Part shown: positions 1 to 13,600 of the stretch, piece by piece | Layout of the letters: each line of letters begins with the position of its first letter | Numbering within the stretch: position 1 is the stretch's first letter | Assembly: GCA_002633005.1 (NCBI GenBank) | Contig: NMRA01000014.1 | Coordinates: 982,955-1,046,954 of the forward strand | DNA length: 64,000 nucleotides | Origin: Phoronis australis | Taxonomy: Eukaryota; Animalia; Phoronida | Direction: 5' to 3' | Made by a program: the position numbers and the translations under genes | The notes under the pieces: model-generated | The model's database searches: none | What the model was told of the DNA's origin: nothing | The model's input: the letters and a program-made list of their open reading frames with translations, nothing else

Positions 1-17
1 TGTATTTCGGCCCTCAC

Positions 18-1003
18 CTTTCATGTGATGTAAATCTTAGAACAAGAAGCCAAGCAATAACGATCATCGTCCCTGCTAATTCTCTGAAAATATAACAAAC
101 GAATAAGAGAGGCCAGCAAGACAGTCACAAATGAACGAACCATTCCTGGGGTATTGCATAAAATATTCCCCTTTTACAATATAAACTAAATAAAGCAGAT
201 ACATAAAATCATTGATTTCATATTTTGATGTCTACATCGGCAAATCAGCTGTTGTGTACTGTTGTTGATTGTATTTATTAAAGATATATTGACTCCTGGT
301 ACATTACCAATGGCTTCAAAAATGGCAGAGTTTAAGGTGAAATAAAATCGAAGTGATTTATTAAAGCCAAAATAAAACCTATGAGCTCCATTCGAATTTT
401 AGTATAACCAGTGTTAACTTGGCCTCACTTCACGGCTCAGTTTCTCATGACTGGTTGCAAACCAAAACAATCAGGATTCGGCATTGCATTTTGAACTTGG
501 AGGGGTACCTAGTCCCCACAGTGGCTTAGAGTTTTCAAGAACGGTTGTAAATCATTGATGTCATTCACACACAGCAGGTTTTTTGAAACTGACACACAAT
601 GTCAGTGAAAATAGTTCTTTATGAACCCCGCTTATAGTCATACAACAGTCCCAGTTGGCCTTTGTAAGTAAACACAGCTTAACAAAGAGTTTCTGGTCCT
701 GGCTGACAAGGTAATTGTTTTATTACCCTTTTAGGTTTTGAATATGGCAGCCCAAAATGGTATATTTCAGATGGGAATCAGGAAGACACTACCAGTGGCA
801 ATAGACAAATTGACGAATCAGCTCTAAGTATAACATAAGTATAGGTTGTACCCAGAAGTACGCCACTCACCTTCCTTCTTCATGCTGTAGAGGATTCACA
901 AAGTTTTCTTTTAATATCCCAGTCAAAACCATAAATAAATAAATAGAATGTAATGTACTCAAGATGACGACCAAGCCACACGTTACTTTCCACAATGTTT
1001 TTC
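18..1003 (-). CDS. Two exons (871-1003, 18-83) of a membrane-protein gene continuing off the left edge
   Basis: Both have ttttcag acceptors and GTGAG donors with compatible phases; translation KTLWKVTCGLVVILSTLHSIYLFMVLTG..EEGR-ELAGTMIVIAWLLVLRFTSHER has two hydrophobic segments. Family not recognised. Confidence 0.55.
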
Positions 1004-1533
1004 CTGAAAACAAAATTAATTCAATTAATTCTTGAAAATGTGCAGTTTTGTACCTTGATAGGCAGAGTTGTTTATAACATTTTGTGACCCAGCTCCTCAT
1101 GCTTGGAGTGATTAATTCTGTCCCTGCCTGTGAGCACAGCACGAATGATTATTGCTGGGAAATTTTAAGTTCGCACACCTTTGGCTTAGCATTGAGCTTA
1201 TAGTGACCAATTAGTCAATGTTGTAGGTGGCTACAACAACATTCACTACACTTTAGCTATTTTACTCTTTGAGTTTCCTGAAGAACCTGTGCTACCCAAA
1301 GAGTGTCAAGCTTTCATCAAAACTACTTTTGTATAGTACGGGCTTCAGCTTAGTTTGTGGTGATATCAGCAACTTCTTCAATATCAGCATGAGGTAATGA
1401 CAAGAGCGGAGAGTTGGTAGAATACACTTTTAACCCCATTAAAAGTTGCTTAAGCACATACATTGATTTAAAAGGCCTGGAGAAGTCAGAGTCTATACCC
1501 TCCAGCACTCAACAGAATACAATAGGGTAAAAG

Positions 1534-2056
1534 CTCACCAGTTTAGGAAACAACATGGCCGACAAATGAAAACTTATTTTGTCATTTTTCCATGTAACAT
1601 ATGTAACACAAACTCAAATGATTTTCCGTCATGCGGATTTAGGAGGGGGGGGCAGTGCCGCCTTAGCTGCCGCAAGGAAAATGAAAGAGCAACAACGAGA
1701 AGCGTGAGGAAATATTGAAGACAGTATGAAGTGGGAGCGGAATCGGATGAGGGGGGGCTCAGATCGCAGATCGCGGCAACCGTGTTCCTGTTTTTTCTTA
1801 GTCTACCAATAGACTTTGCGAACAGGAAGTGCACATCCTTGGCCTCGCAACTTTCAGGCCGCTTGTGCATACAATCACGCTTTGCCCAAGAGGCAACATG
1901 TTGGGCCTCCCCTTATGTTATCCTAGATCCACCACTGTATTCCATATTCAAGTGTTGTTCCACACAGCTACCAACAAGGTTTTGAAAATTTATGGGCATA
2001 TTAGAAATTCTTAAATAATGAAAAATTGGCATTTATTTTTTTCGGAAACTGGTGAG
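1534..2056. mobile_element. Non-autonomous DNA transposon (MITE-like)
   Basis: Inverted repeats CTCACCAGTTT (1534-1544) / AAACTGGTGAG (2046-2056); subterminal ATGGCCGACAAATGAAA recurs at ~57896 and a variant at ~52426. Confidence 0.5.
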
Positions 2057-2451
2057 ACAAGCTTTAACATTACGTGCTATGATTTTCAGATTCTATGTTT
2101 GATGTGGCAAATGCATGATAAGGCTGACTTACTGACAATATCTTGATTTATCATGGCACAAATTGACAAAATAGCTGGTATGGTGTATGCAGGCTGAAAT
2201 GAAATGAAACAAAAAGTTTAATTATTCTCAGTGTATCCATCCTCAGTAGTACATGTAGATCAGATCACATGACTGACTTTGAAAGCATTTAGAGCAGGAT
2301 AGCGATAACTTTTAACTAACTTTTGCCAGAGTAGAAAACTTAAACCGTTAATATGTTATCAGAGTTCCTTGACGTATACCCAGATACACATCAAAATCAC
2401 CATGACACAGCCATTTGCTTATTAACTTCTACACAGCAACATTTTATTTAC

Positions 2452-4770
2452 TGAACTCATCACTCCTAGACAAATAATTCAAGTTGATAGTACACTTAAT
2501 GAACAAGTTGGGTGAGCTCTCTACTGGAGGGCATTGAACTAGGTCAACATTAATTTTGTGTTTATCTGCCATATTTGTTTTAATAGTAAATATTGAGATG
2601 AACCAGATATTGCGACAGGAAATCAAGTCATAAAAGTTGTCACAGAGCAGGTGGAATGTGTTGTTGGCCTCATTATGCCAACATGGAGACATTAAATTAT
2701 AGAACACCGAAGGTTCAGCACTATTACGTCTAATTACACATTAATTGACACAGTTAGATACTTACAATCCACAGCCAAGGATCAGGGTCATTGATCTGGA
2801 AAAAATGGTGGAATGTGAATGGGTGCAAATTGATGTTTTTGACCATTTGCACTGTGTGTTTGTTACACTTCACAGTGAAAGTTTACAATTCAGTTACATG
2901 ACAGTCTTAGTCCAAAGGTGCACTAGTCTGAAAATGAATAAGATTTTGAATGCCGGTGTATTTTTCATATTTTTCTACATGTAATATATTCACAATACTT
3001 TGGTTGTTAGTCCCAGTGGCGCAGTCGGCAGTCGCCTGCCGGGTACTAATATACTAGTGTTCTGGTTTCCTGCAGGTGCAAAATTGGACTTAAGGCATGC
3101 CTTGAGTGGTTCCAGCCCAATATTCCGACAACCAGTGCAGTTCAGGTGCAGCACTACACATGCTGTATAATGTATCAGTGAGTTTAGTACAATGCTGATA
3201 ATCATTGCATATTAATGCTTTATGGCTCGGTTCCGCCTTATTAGTAGATGTTCAGACTTGAGCACCTTAAGACAACTTACAAAAATTGCATACAAGATGA
3301 TACACCATGATGTCAATACACATCTTTTTTTAACTTGATTGCATCAAATGACATAAAACCTCAACCTTGGGCCAACACTGGGGTTATCAACAGAGGAGGA
3401 CTACTGCCGAATATTGGGATTAACACAAGACAGTGTTTACCTGAACACAGTATCATTACAAGAAGAGGCTTACCTGAACATATGGTTAGCACAAGAGGAG
3501 ATTTTCCTGAACATAGGCTTTAACACTACAAGATATTTACCTGAACACACAGGTTACAAGCTGATTACCTAGCAAACATATTACTTAACAATAAGAAGAT
3601 GTTTACCTGGACATAAGCTGACAACAGAAGAAATACAGTCATTACAAAGCAGATGAACTTCCACACAATGAGCCATTCAGGAGAAGGTGGAGCAACCTTA
3701 CTGTCCCCCAGTAAGCTGTATCTGTAACTCTATTCAAATACGTAACAACAATTAGATATGGTTATGGTTATCCATCAATAAGACATCAGATTCAAAAGAA
3801 CTACTAGTACCAGCAGTCGTCCCGGTAACAGCCCAGGCCGCTTAAAATGAGGAGCTCAAAAAGAAGGGGTGACATTAATCCAAGACTGGTTGTTCAAAAA
3901 CTATCTTTTTGATAAGTCGGTGTGGGAACTCACCCAAGCATTCACCAAGGCTTGAAGTCCTGGGTGGTATAATTGATGTTGAATTTTATGTTCATGAGTT
4001 AAATAATAAAGTATTGGCGGATTGTAGATGATGTAGTGGGGCTTTTAATTACTGTTTCAAGCTATTGGTTGTTCATTGTGACCTCCTTAACTTGGAGGAG
4101 TATGGCGTTACAAATTTCTAGCTTTTATGATTGTGATTTCAACAACTTTACTGAAATTATGCTACACTATAAAGCAAAGTATGAGTATGATGTCAGAGTC
4201 AGTGAGTGGCGGGGTCTCTCTGTCAGATTTTCTCTCCCATCAAATGACAGATTTCAAAAACTTCAGAAGATAGTTTTATGTCACTGTGACAAAAATATTT
4301 AAATGTGAGGAGCTATCAAAAAATACAACTTCACAATTTTTATGAAAAACAAAAATAAATTAAATATTTTAGAGAATTGTAATAGCGTTGTAAGATTGTG
4401 TAATTGAAACCGCTGTTTCCCTATCACACAGAGTACCCAATCAATGACAGTATGATCAAGTGTAACAACTGAAATTTTAATAAATGATATCTACTTTCCC
4501 AAAATGTTAACTCATAGCTTTACTCAGAGGTAAAAACTAGAATTTTGTAGATATTTGGCTAAAAACAAAGACTTATCAATGGCCCCAGGTATGAAAAGTA
4601 AAGTATGACAATAGTAAAAACAAAGTTAACATTAAATTTGGCATACAGGGGCAATAGTAGAGTACCACACAAAAAGTTACAGCCAAGAACATTAAATGAA
4701 ACACGCATATGTATACACATTGAGCTATAATTAGCCCTTACCCTGACTCTGAAGACAATTTAGTCAACAT
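2452..4770 (-). CDS. Possible upstream exons of the same minus-strand gene (4742-4770 with ATG; 2452-2729)
   Basis: Donors GTAAG (4741) and GTAAA (2451), acceptor at 2730; phases chain into the 871-1003 exon. No recognisable homology. Confidence 0.3.
3370..3630. repeat. Degenerate ~32-bp minisatellite
   Basis: Recurring ACAAGA..TTTACCTGAACA units. Confidence 0.6.
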
Positions 4771-5499
4771 GATTTGAACATATCTATGAAAATTGGTTGC
4801 AGCTAACTCGAGCTTCCTTCACCAGTTGCCAGTTTGAGGAAGTTACACGAAATCACGCCTGTTGATGAACAAAGGGTCCAAAGGATGCAAATCTTTCAAA
4901 TTCCACCGGATATCTTCTCATGCTATATTTTGTAAGTGTCACATGCAAGGTCATGCAAGGTCATGCACTTCGCTCATGAGTCTCACGCTTGTCCTTACCT
5001 AACTCGAGTAACATCAATTGAAAGTCTTTGTGGTTACCACACCCAGAAAAGGTTAACAGCAACCAAAAAAGTGGAGTAGGAATTCTTCACCAAAGTCATT
5101 GTAATTCCCATAGACATGCTTCATCAAAGATATGTGTAGAACCAGAAAGCGGGATCGCTGTAGAAAGCAAGTGCATTTTAATTTTAAGAGTAAAATGTAT
5201 TTTTGACTAGGTGAAAACCTCTTATTTGGTGACCAGATTTGGTTTACCACCCATTTAAAATACATGGGATGAAATTAGTACAAAAAGTGACAGGGAGTAT
5301 TGTAGCCCCTGTATACCCAGTCAAGGGGCTACATGTTAATGTGTAGGTTTCTAGAAGTAAGCGGGAGTTAAAACACAGCTACCCGAGCTTGAATAAAACC
5401 CAATCTAAGCACCCATTCCTCACGGCCATATTGCAATTTGAAAACCTACCAGCAGCCTCCCATCAGCATTATATCCGGGAAACCATAAAACTAACAAAT

Positions 5500-5650
5500 C
5501 AAAAGATGCCACAGCCAAGGGCAACGACGAATGATGTTGTAGTGATAGCCGAGATTACCCCCACCTGGGAATTGAACCAATGAACCCCATAAAACTGATG
5601 AGCATGCTAACCATTCAGCTAATAGGCAATTGCCCATTAGCGAGTGGCTA
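5500..5650 (-). mobile_element. tRNA-derived SINE head
   Basis: Minus strand reads TAGCTGAATGG (A-box-like) ... GGTTCAATTCC (B-box-like); no valid cloverleaf. Confidence 0.5.
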
Positions 5651-6049
5651 ACAAAGGCTCATATGATTCACCGGAAGCGCATCTGATCTACAATGTTGAC
5701 GACTATAACAGACGTGCTCAAATAATGTTCACTAAATTGTCTCTAGACTTCAGTCATGGTATGTGTTAATTATAACTCATTGCCTATGTATGCATTCTTC
5801 ATTCGATGCTACTCACTGTACACTGAGATGAGTAACTTTTTTGGGATATGCTATTAAATATGCTAATTATGCTACGGGCTGTGGTGCCTGATGACCAGTT
5901 TAATTTGTGGAGACCACGGTCACGTTCGATTTTAAGAATCACGAGTATTCATGAGAAATTATGGATGTTTTACACAATACCTCCATATGAATGCCTCAAT
6001 TCCACCACTCAACCGCAGTCAGTGCGTTCAATATCATCGCATATGGCAG

Positions 6050-6110
6050 TATGGTCACGTCTCCGTCGGAAATGTAAACACGGAAGTTGATTCCGGTTGT
6101 GACCAGGCAG
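6050..6110. promoter_or_regulatory. Putative bidirectional promoter
   Basis: CpG-containing patch with opposed ETS-type motifs CGGAAGT (6081-6087) and TTCCGG (6091-6096) between two divergently oriented genes. Confidence 0.45.
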
Positions 6111-6686
6111 TCGAAACTCTATGAAATAAACCAAAAACCTGCCTTTTGTTGAAATTTTGAAAATTCCTGGAATTCAGTTTTAATTATAAAAAATAATGTA
6201 ATATGTGTTCTCCTTACAATGAAAAATATGCCTTTATGCAATATTTCCACAACGGTCATAATAGCTGTATTTTGCGACCACTTTCATAATACGGTCAATA
6301 CTCGGTAATCAAAGCTAGTGTTGGTTTTAGGAAGTGAATTACTGATATATTTTTGTCAGAGGCGAGTGCTAGTTTTGCGTTTCATGACCGTAATTGAGTT
6401 AAAAGTGAAGTTTGTTTTCTGAAGAAACGCAAGACCAAAGATATCGTTTGTAGACGATGGCCAGACGACTGTGACTTGTCTTAGTCAGTGATCACGTCAC
6501 ACAGTCCATTGATAGTGCTGTGAAAGAATGGATGGACCTTAAATTTGCCATTGTCTTTGTCTTTATCTGGCCGTGGCCCTCGGTCGGTGGACTACATTTG
6601 TCTGGCAGTGTTACTTAACATCTTTATCAGTTGGTAGCGTGGCAAATTAACCTGTATAGTGTAGAAACTCCCATTAAACTTTCATC

Positions 6687-7626
6687 ATGCTTGGCAGTGC
6701 TGTTTATATTGGGCTTTTGGCATCACTTTTGTGTCTCAGTGAAGCCAACCAATGTACTTCCTCTGCAAAACAGGTGGATAGTTTCTGTTCATTCTTCAAT
6801 AACCGAGCGCCCAAACCCAACCCACATCTAAAGAACTGCACCTGGTATGCGGACAATAGTTGCTGTCGTCAAGAAGAGATTGACTCAATATTCAGCAAAG
6901 TAAAACCTTTGCAAGGGGCCTCTAAACATTGCCAACGTTATATTAACTATCTCATGTGCTATGTGTGTGCCCCTACCCAAAACAAATTCTACAAAGGAGA
7001 AAAGTTGCATGTTTGCGAAGATTTCTGCAACAGTATGTATGATGCTTGTAAAACAGCAATATTAACGGGTTCGGTAATTAGTGATCTCTATGGAAACGGA
7101 CGGTCATTTTGTGAAAGCAGGAGCTTTGAAGTGGAAACTGGCAGTGGAAAAGAAAGTGAAAGACAATGTTTCACGAAGATCAATGGAGGTGCAACCAGTA
7201 AAGCATATGGATTAAAACTTCATCCTTTGCTAATTCTTGCAATTATTTTACTTAGCTGTGGTATACACATCGGTGGTCCAAATATGTCATCAATCCAAGC
7301 TGTTGACAATGAGTTGAAAGGTAGAAGGTGTGGGAACTATGATAAAAAGTGTAGACAGAATGTCTCGCCTCCTCAAATCTCACCCGGAATAGTATCTACC
7401 GTCTGGATATCAATACTCATTTATCTTTTTTGTCTTACTGGCGTGAGTAATGCATTGACTGGCTCTGATGTCTCGATATGGGCAAGACTGTTGTCGGATG
7501 ATTTGTTGCGATTATCTCATGACAGAATTCGGGACAGCTCGGCTCAGGAATTGTATGACAGCGCTAAGTACAGCAGACAGACTGTTGACGGACTGAAGAA
7601 AATTGGGAATATCAAATCAAAATTAG
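6687..7626 (+). CDS. Exon 1: signal peptide, folate receptor / riboflavin-binding-protein-like Cys-rich domain, hydrophobic GPI-like signal, spacer, second signal peptide, start of alpha2delta VWA_N
   Basis: Cys spacing CTWYADNSCC..HCQRYINYLMCYVCAP..VCEDFCNSMYDAC typical of the Folate_rec fold; DVSIWARLLSDDL resembles the alpha2delta mature N-terminus. Confidence 0.8.
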
Positions 7627-10600
7627 GTTTGTATCACAGTCTATCAATATGTAGATTTTTAGTTTGAATTAAAAAAATATTATCAGAGAATGGTTGTTTG
7701 GCGTTTGTACTGTAGGTCACTTCATGTCTTGATTCTGACTCAAATTTAGACTCCACAAGTAGAACACCCTGTTGTGCATTTGGACGCCCAAGTGAAGTAA
7801 ACAAGTATGGGTGTCTCTTTCAACTTGCAGCATCTGTAGTATCTCACAAGCCTGACAACCTTTTTTAACAATATTGATTTAGAAATGATGAAAGATACAA
7901 AAAAAACTTTATTTCAGAACCATGTCTCTACTATAACTACACTTATAACAATAATTTGACCAGGGTCATCAAAACGTTGTCATGCTTTGTTGGTCATAAA
8001 CGCCCTGAGAAATTGGGAAACCCATTTTAGGTGCCCAATTTTTAGAATCCTGGATGATCCCCTGTTTTACTTCACCAACTAAACTAAGTTAATCAACATT
8101 TTTTGAAAACTGGGTCATAGTCAAAGTCATAAATTTCAAACATAGCTAATTCAAGTCAGTAGTTGTTAATCTTTCCATTGGAAGTAATTGAATTCCGTTG
8201 GGTCATTGGTTTTATCACAGTAATTAGGAAAAAACCAATGGTATCCTATCAGTAACACCTACAAAACTTGAAAAGTGGTGGTGCATGGGATTTTAAAACC
8301 TTCATGTCAACAATGCACCCAGCTGTGTGTCATGAAACTTTGAAATTAAGTTTAAAGTATCAAGCATGGTGTTTAGGGGAATGACTGTTACCTTGGGACA
8401 AATATTTTGATTTAATTTTATGATGGTCACAGAAAAATTGAGTCTCTCGTTGAAGAAAGCTAACACTTGTCACTTTATGTGGAGCCTCCCCCCATCCTTC
8501 AAAGTTAGGCGTCACGAAAACGCAAGAAAAGGCATCAGCATGTTCTTTTGAGGGTTGTCGAGCTAATACCTTTCATTTGGGTATTGTGGTCAGGTGCTGT
8601 TTCACTACTAAGTCTGCTGTGCAGTAGTTTCACATTTTGACTTGTTTGTAATACAGTGTATTTTACCTGCAAGTAATGTTTTTTCTGAACACAGTTATTT
8701 AATAAATAGTTTCCTAAGTTGTCTGAAACTATGCCACTGTATTCAGAGAGCCATTCTAACTAGATTATTTTACTAAAAACGTGACTCAACTCCAAACAAG
8801 CTCATTCAAGTATTCCAATGCATGTCCTTCAACTGTGTCTACTCCAGAGGGACCACTACAAAGTTTTGTGGACACAACATTGATATGATTATATGATGAA
8901 CATGTGACAAATACTATTACCGATGGAACGTATTACTAGGCCCACCTTAGCTTCTTGTGAGATTGTTTATTTGCAGCTCAATTTTTAGCTCCATTTCAGG
9001 GCTGCATTTTTTAGACACAAAAATCTAGCGAGTAAAGCTATTAGTAATTGTGGTCACCTCTGTTGGCAGTACCTGGTAAAGTCGTGCGTTGCGGTGAGAG
9101 CAGCTTGCGAGGTTGTCGTGTCTGCGGAACACTACCCAGTGTAAATTATACCAGTATCTTACATGTATGCATTTCTCTATCTGACTATTATTCTTAAGTT
9201 TGAATTTGTAAATTTAAGGGTAGTGTCCATTCTAATGAAAATATAGAACTTTGCCCAAGTTGTGTTCTATGTGTTGCTTGCTGATAATTGGGCCCAGATA
9301 TATCACTTTAGAAGTGCTTTCTGGGATTCACGCAAGTACATAAACATTAATTAGCAAAAACATTTTTTTAAATTCGGGCCTGTAACTTTAGTTGATGATT
9401 CAACTGCCTGACAACAAAAATTACCTGCTGTTGGGCATGTCACGTGTGCGGCCTTCACCTGTCACCTTGAGCTTCCTTTCGGTGCAGCAGGCAACTCATG
9501 TTAACTTTGAACTGCTGATGCTTTGTACTAAGTATGGAAGTTCTGAGGCCAGTTTCATGAAAAGTGACTTAACTTTAAAGATTTAAGTCAGAAATTCTGT
9601 CTAACATACCACACAACACTGTAATCTGAAAAATAGTTAAATCTTACTCATGCAAAAATGTAAAGTCTTTCTGAGAATTTGCTTCTTACTGAAATAATTG
9701 CCATACATTATCTGGAAGAGCATGATATGCTTAACAATTACTATGCTTAAATCTTTAATTTTGAGGTGCGAGCGTATTAGACCCCATACTCTCCTTTTAT
9801 GATCATTGGCAGCTCACTTGATTGAAATTTAAAAAGTTGCAACACATTTAAATTAACCAAGGGACTCTTCGATATTTTTGGCATTTTGTGTAGATTGGAG
9901 TCTGGTATGTAGGAATGTCTGAAGAAGTGCTAGACTTCAGTTTGTTAGAAGCCAGTTGATGATTAGTTGCAGGCTTCACCTGGTGGCAGTCCCTCTCCAG
10001 TCTGCACCATGTGGAAGTGTGTATTATATCACCAATCACCATCCAGCTGAGTCTGACCATCTGACCTCAGTAGAATGTATGTTGTGCTTTCTTTCCATGT
10101 TGCCAAGTTTAAACTTCCATTTTCTGTTCTCATTATATTGCAAGATCGGGATCACTTAAAGTGACTATAGACTCATCTTCCATCTCAAAAGCAACCTTTG
10201 ATTTAGACCATGGACTTATGGAGATGATTTCAAGGCTTTGAAAGACCAGGTTGGAGCCACAAGTTGGCTTAATTGTCTCAACATTTTATGTGCCAAGCAT
10301 AGTCACAAGGAATGGCTGACCTTCGAAATGACCACGCCACATTGAAATTCTTTAATCCACCTGATCACGACCAGGTCTTTGACTGTGGACAGGCATTGAA
10401 AGCCACCTACAAATCCCATGTAATTTGGACGGGAGGTAACCTGTATACACAGCGTTTTAACACCTTTCCTGCTGTTACAGTGCTGGCGAATTTCCACTGC
10501 TTTGCGGTGGCATGTACTAATGCCTTATTAAGAGTACAAAAAGCAAACCCTTTGAAATATCAGTGATAAACTATAGGATATCGTGTTCCATACATTTCCC

Positions 10601-13600
10601 ACAAAATCCGCCAAGAACAAAGCCTGCAGTGGTTGCACAGCTGATAAGCATGAGAATTTCTATCCCAGCTGGTGTCAAAAAGGTAAAATAAATTAGTCAA
10701 CTTGATAATCTAATCAACCAATATGAATGGCTGGCAGTGGAATTTATTTCTCTGCTTTTAATTTTATGAACCGCTATGAATTGAATTTCTGTCCATTTAA
10801 TCGCAGTCAAGATCAATCTGAAGTCACTTTTGTGCTCTCATTACTCTGGAGAGCGCCAATGTGAAATGTTCCCTATATTGCAACAAAATGTCATATGACA
10901 TCTGAGCAGTAAGAGACAAGACTGGAGGCCAATTGTACATGACGGTAAATGGTCTAATTCAAATGTTCACTTCTTAGATGAACACATGCAGCTAGGTTTA
11001 TCGGATTTATGTCTGCTGTAATGCTTGTTTCATATTTTCAGAGGATTTTTTTGCTAGCAAGATAAAGTTGGCTATTAAACTGTCTGAAGCTGCAAAGAAA
11101 CTGCACGAGGAACACAAACAAAACAGAACATGGAGTGTGTCAGACATAAACCTCTTAAGTACAGCTCATTTCCTCAATGCAGAGTCAGCATGGACGTGGT
11201 CTCACAGTTATCCTCTTACCTTTGACAGGTAGGGAACTTTACATGCTCAAAGTGTTAAGTACTACACTTAAATAATTATCGTGTTACTTTGCATTGTATT
11301 GAACCTTAAATATCTCAAGATCTTTTATAGGGGAAAGCAGTCATTGGCTGCACTTGGTTGACTTTCGGCGGTACCTCCATGTCAGTCGGCTAGCACATCT
11401 GATTGGTCTGCATGCCGAAAGTCGTCATCCAGAACCAATCGGGTGTTGTTGCTAGTTTACCCATTTACTTTTACCATAATTAAAAGTCATTAGGTGAAAG
11501 AAAATAGCGTAATTGGTTCTTGTCTGCATGCAGACTCATGTTGAAGCATGTACCTTATGTTTAAAGAAAAAGAAGCGCTGTCTCGATCATTTGAACTAAC
11601 ATTCTTTTTCTCGTAATCAAAAGCTACAAAATGGCAAGTTTTTGTGAATTAATTGTGTAGTTGGTAACTCAGCAACAATCACTTAATAGATTAAGTTTAT
11701 TTTAAATTAATCAATATCAAAATGTCCAAATTGGGCTTAGTTCGGAGTAGTAATTTCATTTTTTATGTCTCTTGAACTCCTTACAGGGTCTGTGAAGTTT
11801 AGTAAGACAGTGTTTTCCTGTGAATAGCAACATGAAAGTCTTGCTTTCAGTCTCATCAGCTGGTGGTAGATTTGATGAATATAGACGGGATAAATGTTCA
11901 GGCACATGTTTAATATCTTCTCTTGATTTTGTAGACTATTCAATGCAGCTGTCAACGTAAACAAAAGTGTAGTCAAGTTGTGGGAATCTGCCAGCTATAC
12001 TGATCCTGCTGTTATTGATACATGTGAGTGGTCCAGTCAGTTGGATCACATATTCAAGGAGAACAGGGCTCAAGACCCAGCCATAAGGTCAGCATTACTT
12101 CTTAGGCTATCACTACCATGGCCTGTCTGTGTTTCTTGAGTGCAATGGCTAGTGCATACTAGCAGCGAATCTATTGATTTTTAAAGTTCATGTCTAGCCT
12201 TGCATTTACTTGAGATGTTTGTGATTTTATAAACAGTTGGCAAGAGAGTGTTTGCTCACTTTTGATGAGACTCTTCATTTAAGGGATGCTTTCCCTGCCT
12301 CACTGCATGTACCCATGTGGCTCCTGTCTCATGTCAATCAATAGTTCCGTTCACTTCGCTCCCTACTCTGTAAACAGAATGATGTGGATTATTATATTTT
12401 TGTACTGTGAGAGTCATTTTATTGGATTTTTGCACATTGTGACTAGGAAACGTTCACAATTATTGCCGTCCCCCCATACCCTCGAAAATGAACAAAGGTG
12501 ACAATTAATCTATGGTACATTGAATAAATTTATTTTTGGTGCCATACTGCTATAAACTGATCTCATATCTTGCTCCTTACTGAGATGAGAAGTGTGACTT
12601 CTTGTCTTACAAAGAACTGACACTTCATTATTCTTGGAGACTGTGAGCAGTGAATAAAATGACAAGACAACTGTTAGTGTCTGTCTCGAGCAATAACTTA
12701 CTGGTCTGTTCTTTGCACGCCCAGAAGTCACACGTAAGGAACAGTTTAAGACTATATTGTTAACGGCAAGTAGTCTAAATCAAACATTGTTTTTATGATG
12801 GAAGGCAGGGTGCCGATGCTTTAATATTTTTATGGGATTTTATGTGATAGTCACGTAAACTGTTTTGTACTCAGGATGTGCATTTGTACACTAGATCTGT
12901 AAATTAAACAGTGATTTCATTGGAATAATTTCGCAATCCACGAAACTGAAGTTGATGTGAAAAAGCAGTATATGAAGTATTTTACAAGCAGCATGGCTTC
13001 ACCCTATACCTCCAAAAGTGTACTATGTTTTGTTTAAACTTATGGTATTTTGAAAGTGGCATTAGCTGTGAAGGGTCTATTGTGTGTGTTCACCATTTGA
13101 GGTCCACTTGTTTCAGTATTTTTATTTCTGTCAGTAAATGTTTATCAATTGTAAGTTATCAGAAGCGAACTGTTTTCTTTCCTACAGTGTGTGACAAAGA
13201 AATGTTACTCATGCAGAGTGAATGTGGTTTTTATCTGGAGATGAGGCCTATGGATTGAAAAAATCATTGATTGTTCATCCAGGTTCAGAAATAACGACAA
13301 AATAGGAGCCGTTCAGTGTCAAACAAAAATCCATGTTTCTTTGATAAGTGAAAAACATATTCAAATAGAAAAAATAACATTCCGTCAAATGCGTAATATT
13401 TTTAGCCCATCTTATGATTACAACAGTGTTTGTCAGGAGTAGTAGTTTTGAATGTTATTGTGCTACATATCAAATCTAATCTTATTTTGATTAGAGTCAC
13501 ATGCAGCGCCCTCTTTCGTTGTATTGTTCATACTTTGATGTGACATCCTTTATAGACTTCAAGGGTATTGATATTTCTACTTGGTATCTCTTTGTACTGG

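Noticed and set aside
3010-3060. tRNA-Ile(TAT)-like 5' half, and the other tRNA-like heads
   Set aside because: No complete cloverleaf or acceptor stem; treated as SINE/pseudogene debris.
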